From: the human T2T-CHM13v2.0 reference genome, Homo sapiens
DNA: 64,000 bases
NCBI RefSeq assembly: GCF_009914755.1
Contig: NC_060936.1
Direction: 5' to 3' (one strand)
The notes under the pieces were generated by a model, which worked only from the letters and a program-made list of their open reading frames with translations, did not search any database and was not told the origin of the DNA. The stretch's first letter is position 1. Each line of letters begins with the position of its first letter. Shown here one piece after another: positions 60,485-64,000 of this stretch. The position numbers and the translations under genes were made by a program.

Positions 60485-60930
60485 ATCTGTCCATTGACAG
60501 ATAACCTGATACACAATGTGTGATATATGCATACAATGAGATATTCCTTGGCCTTAAAAAGGAATGAAGTACTGATGCATACTACAAGATGGATAATAGA
60601 GAACCTTGAAAACGTGATGCTGAGTGAAAGAAGCCAGACACACAAGGACAAATATTCCATGATTCCCTTTATATGAGGTATCTAGAGTAGTCAAATTCAG
60701 AGAGAGCAAGCAGAATAGTGGAGACTAGGGGTGGAGGGAGGGGAGAATGGGGGGTAATTGTTTAATGGGTGCAGAGTTTCTGTTTGAAATGATAAAAAAT
60801 TCTGGAAACAGTAGTGACAGTGGTGATGATTGCACCACGCTGTGAAGGTACTTAATGCCACTGAATTGCACACTTAGAAATCGTTAAAAAGATAAATGTT
60901 TATGTTTGTATATTTTACCACAATAAAATA
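60485..60930 (+). mobile_element. L1MB 3' end
   Basis: aaggaatgaagtactgatgcat...gtgaaagaagccagacacacaagg...ttaatgccactgaattgcacactt...accacaataaaa. Confidence 0.8.
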
Positions 60931-61454
60931 TCTACTGTTTTCTCTCAGGAAAAAGCAGTAGAAGCCAAGATGCCCTGGCAGTGACAGCCATGGAGTGTGT
61001 GAGGAAAAGAGATTACAGAGCGTAAGTGGCATGGGTTTACCTAAGGCAGTTTCCTCCCAGGGCCGGTCAGTGTGTGTCAAACAAAAGGGACTGTCTAGCT
61101 AGAGATCACTTTAGAAGTGTCTGACCCATCTAAAGGCAACAATCTCATCAAAAAAACAAAGCAGAACACTGTACAAAGTCTCTCCAGGGCAAGGGTACCA
61201 ATTTGTCACTCCTGGTATTAGACATCAATATAATGTTAGACCTGCCAGATTGCAGTGGTTGTGAAATCAACTGGAAGTGAAGAAATGGAAGAGAGTATGC
61301 TAAGAAGCTTCAATTTGGTCTTGCAGCCATGGGAAGTTTCCTAGCAGGAGAATGACTTACTGAAAGGAATGTTTTAAAAGGCTTAAATTTTACAACCCTT
61401 CAAGGGTACCCCAGACAAGCACTCACTCACTCCTGGAAGGATTACTAATTGTTT

Positions 61455-61920
61455 CAGCCTTTCAGGAGAGCAGTTTGGCAATACAGATAAGGAGTCTTAA
61501 AGAAAAGTTCATACTCTTCTAGAACCCTTCCTCAAGAATATAATCAGATAAGGATTAGACTTACATGTAAGGTCATTAATATTACAGAGAAGTATTTTAA
61601 TAGCAAAAATAAAAAGTTTTTTCAGAAAAAAATTAAATGTCCAAAAGTAGACAAATAAAAAAATATATAGTTTATCACAAGACAGAATGAGGGAACTTTT
61701 CAAACAACACTCTTAAAAAATTTCCAGCAGCATGGGAAAAAAATCCCCATGATATAAAGTTAAGAAAGCAGAATATAAAATTATACAGTATTAAGACAAT
61801 TATGAAAATATACACAGAGCTACACATTCTCTGGGTGGTTGGATTATGAATTATTTATTTCATTTATACTTTCTTGGGTTTTAAAATTTTCTCCAACATA
61901 CATGTGTTACTTTTATGAGA
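61455..61920 (+). mobile_element. L1ME 3' fragment
   Basis: cctttcaggagagcagtttggcaat...ctctgggtggttggattat...catgtgttacttttat. Confidence 0.55.
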
Positions 61921-63049
61921 AAAAACAACAAAAGTTATGGAAAGAAAAAGAAGTTGACAACCACACAAGATGAATTAGAAGGGAAAGAGTAGAGACAAAA
62001 ACAAAAAAAATCTGGCCTTTGATGGAGGGCATGGGGGAGGGGGGAAGTTTGTTACTGCTGTTTTGTTTTGTTTCAAGTAAAAGATGTTATACTACCTGTG
62101 GAACAAAGAGGCACAGCCACCAATGGGAAAGGATTGGTTATTAACTACGGCAGAAACAGACCTACAGAAAAGATCACTAGTCACACACCATAGCTTTATT
62201 TAACAACCCCTCTTTTATAGAAAAGAATACAATTAATTTTGACATTAGTCCAAATGTTATTATTTGTGTGGTTAATTGTCACCTATTTATGGTTTTGAAA
62301 AAGATTGGTCTGTGAATACAAAGACTCTTGGGCTCCTGGTCTCTGCCATGAACTACTAACCTCTTGGGGAAATTGGCCTCAGTTTCCTCATCTGTTAAGA
62401 AGCACAAGTTAAAATAGATGATCTCTAAAACGTTTTCCAGCCTTAAATGCTATGACTATTTTAGTCCATATTAATTTCCTATTAATGAAACCAACCTGTA
62501 AGTGTATTTTCAGCTAGACCACCCACCAAATCAAACTAAATTGGAATGTCTTTACATGTGCCAGTATTCTAGGTGCCATATTAAATTAAAACAGAGTTCT
62601 TTCTCCAGCATTTAACATTTTCAAAAATTGTTTGTAGACTTAAGGGAAAAGTGAGTTATGAGATTTGTGAAAAAAGCTCTACAATGGGACAATCTTTTTT
62701 TTTTTTTAAGTCCAAAGACTAAAAGAAGCTTAGTTGAGGTGGCAGATGGGGAACACACCTAAACATACAAACAACCTTTTGGTACCACCTGCCTTGCATT
62801 GATACAGAGTGAGGGTAAGCTTGTCTATTTTTTTTTTTTTTAATACAACTGCCTTCCAATAAGAAACTTGGAGGGATTCTCCAAATATAAAATGCAACAG
62901 GATGGAAACATAAAACCAGATCCAACTCACCTGAATTTTCAAATAAAGAACAAAAGCCTTCATTTAACAAACAGAAAATATTTTATTTTTTTACTTTTCA
63001 TTTTTCTTTTCAGTAGTGGTACTTCTTGCTATAGAAAATATTTTAAAGC

Positions 63050-63238
63050 AGCAGTCTGCAAACTTTTTCTTAAAAGGCCAAATTTTAATTTAGGCTTTGC
63101 TGATTATACAAGAATCTCTGTCACAACTATTCAGTTCTGCCTTTGTAGCACAAATTATTCACAGACAATTCATGGACATGTGGACATGGCTTTGTGCCAA
63201 TAAAACTTTTTTACAAAAACAAAGGGCCAGCCCATTTG
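63050..63238 (+). mobile_element. MER58A hAT-Charlie element
   Basis: gcaaactttttcttaaaaggcc...tctctgtcacaactattcagttctgcc...gtgccaataaaactttt. Confidence 0.75.
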
Positions 63239-63243
63239 CATAC

Positions 63244-63653
63244 TATCTTAGTCTATTTTCTGTTGCTATAACAGAATACCTGAGACTGGATAATTTATAA
63301 AGAAAAGTGATTTACTTAGCTCAGAGTTCTGGAGGCTGGAAAGTCCAAGATCAGGTTAGCGCATCTGGTGAGGGCCTCTTGCTGCTCCATAGCATGGCAG
63401 AAAAGAGGACGGGCAAGTGAGCCTGTGTACAAAGAGGTGGGCTAGCTTTATAACAACCTGCTTTTGCAGTAATTAATCCAGTCTCAGGAGAGGGAAAACT
63501 CACTCACTCGAGAATTAACTCAGCCCCTCGAGAACAGCATTAATCCCACTTAATGACCTAGTCACCTTTTCAATGCCCCACATCCCAACACTAGCAAACT
63601 GGGGACAAAATTCCCAACACATGAATTCTGAGGGACTCACTCAAACCATAGCA
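63244..63653 (-). mobile_element. MaLR MST-type solo LTR
   Basis: tatcttagtctattttctgttgctataacagaatacctgagactgg...ctcaaaccatagca; ~5-bp TSD c(a/c)tac. Confidence 0.8.
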
Positions 63654-64000
63654 CCTACACCTGTTGTAAAGCATTTTTTCAGTTCACATTGAATCCAGTT
63701 ATTAGAAGATAAGGGTGAAAAGGAAGAGTAAGAAAAACATAATGAGTGGAAAGACTGAGGTGTATGGGAGGAATGAGTGGGAGGGAGATAGAGAGAAAAT
63801 GCAAGAAGAGTAGTGACTTGAGCCCAAGGAGGAAATTAGAGTTAATACTCACACGGAAGAGGCCAATGCAGAAAGAAAAAAAAAAAAAGAGGGAAATGAA
63901 GAGGAAGAAAGAGAAAAAGTGATAAAGAGAAACAGCACAGAAGCATGAAACCTGTTTCTATTATTGTCATTGGGCCACAAAGAAAAATGCTAGGGGTTAT

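Overview
Primate (human-like) non-coding DNA, either intergenic or deep intronic. I can support no cellular protein-coding exon; the long ORFs come from L1, Alu or microsatellite sequence. The window holds about 20 Alu/FLAM copies (many with clear target-site duplications, TSDs), a full-length minus-strand L1PA (~43.9-50.4 kb, AluY in ORF2, open antisense ORF0), and MIR, L2, L3/CR1, MaLR LTR, MER5/MER58, MADE1 and MER75 copies. Two things stand out. (1) A near full-length AmnSINE1 at ~15.6-16.1 kb keeps its 5S rRNA-derived head and sits at the edge of a ~5 kb repeat-poor block; it is a candidate exapted regulatory element. (2) A nested structure at 16.75-20.2 kb: an L2 was hit by a piggyBac MER75, which was hit by an AluSp. 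The Alu tail expanded into a ~1.7 kb layered TA-rich VNTR and captured an inverted, circularly permuted ~380 bp copy of the neighbouring DNA, as expected from eccDNA re-integration or template switching. Repeat family calls come from recalled consensus sequences, not from a database search.
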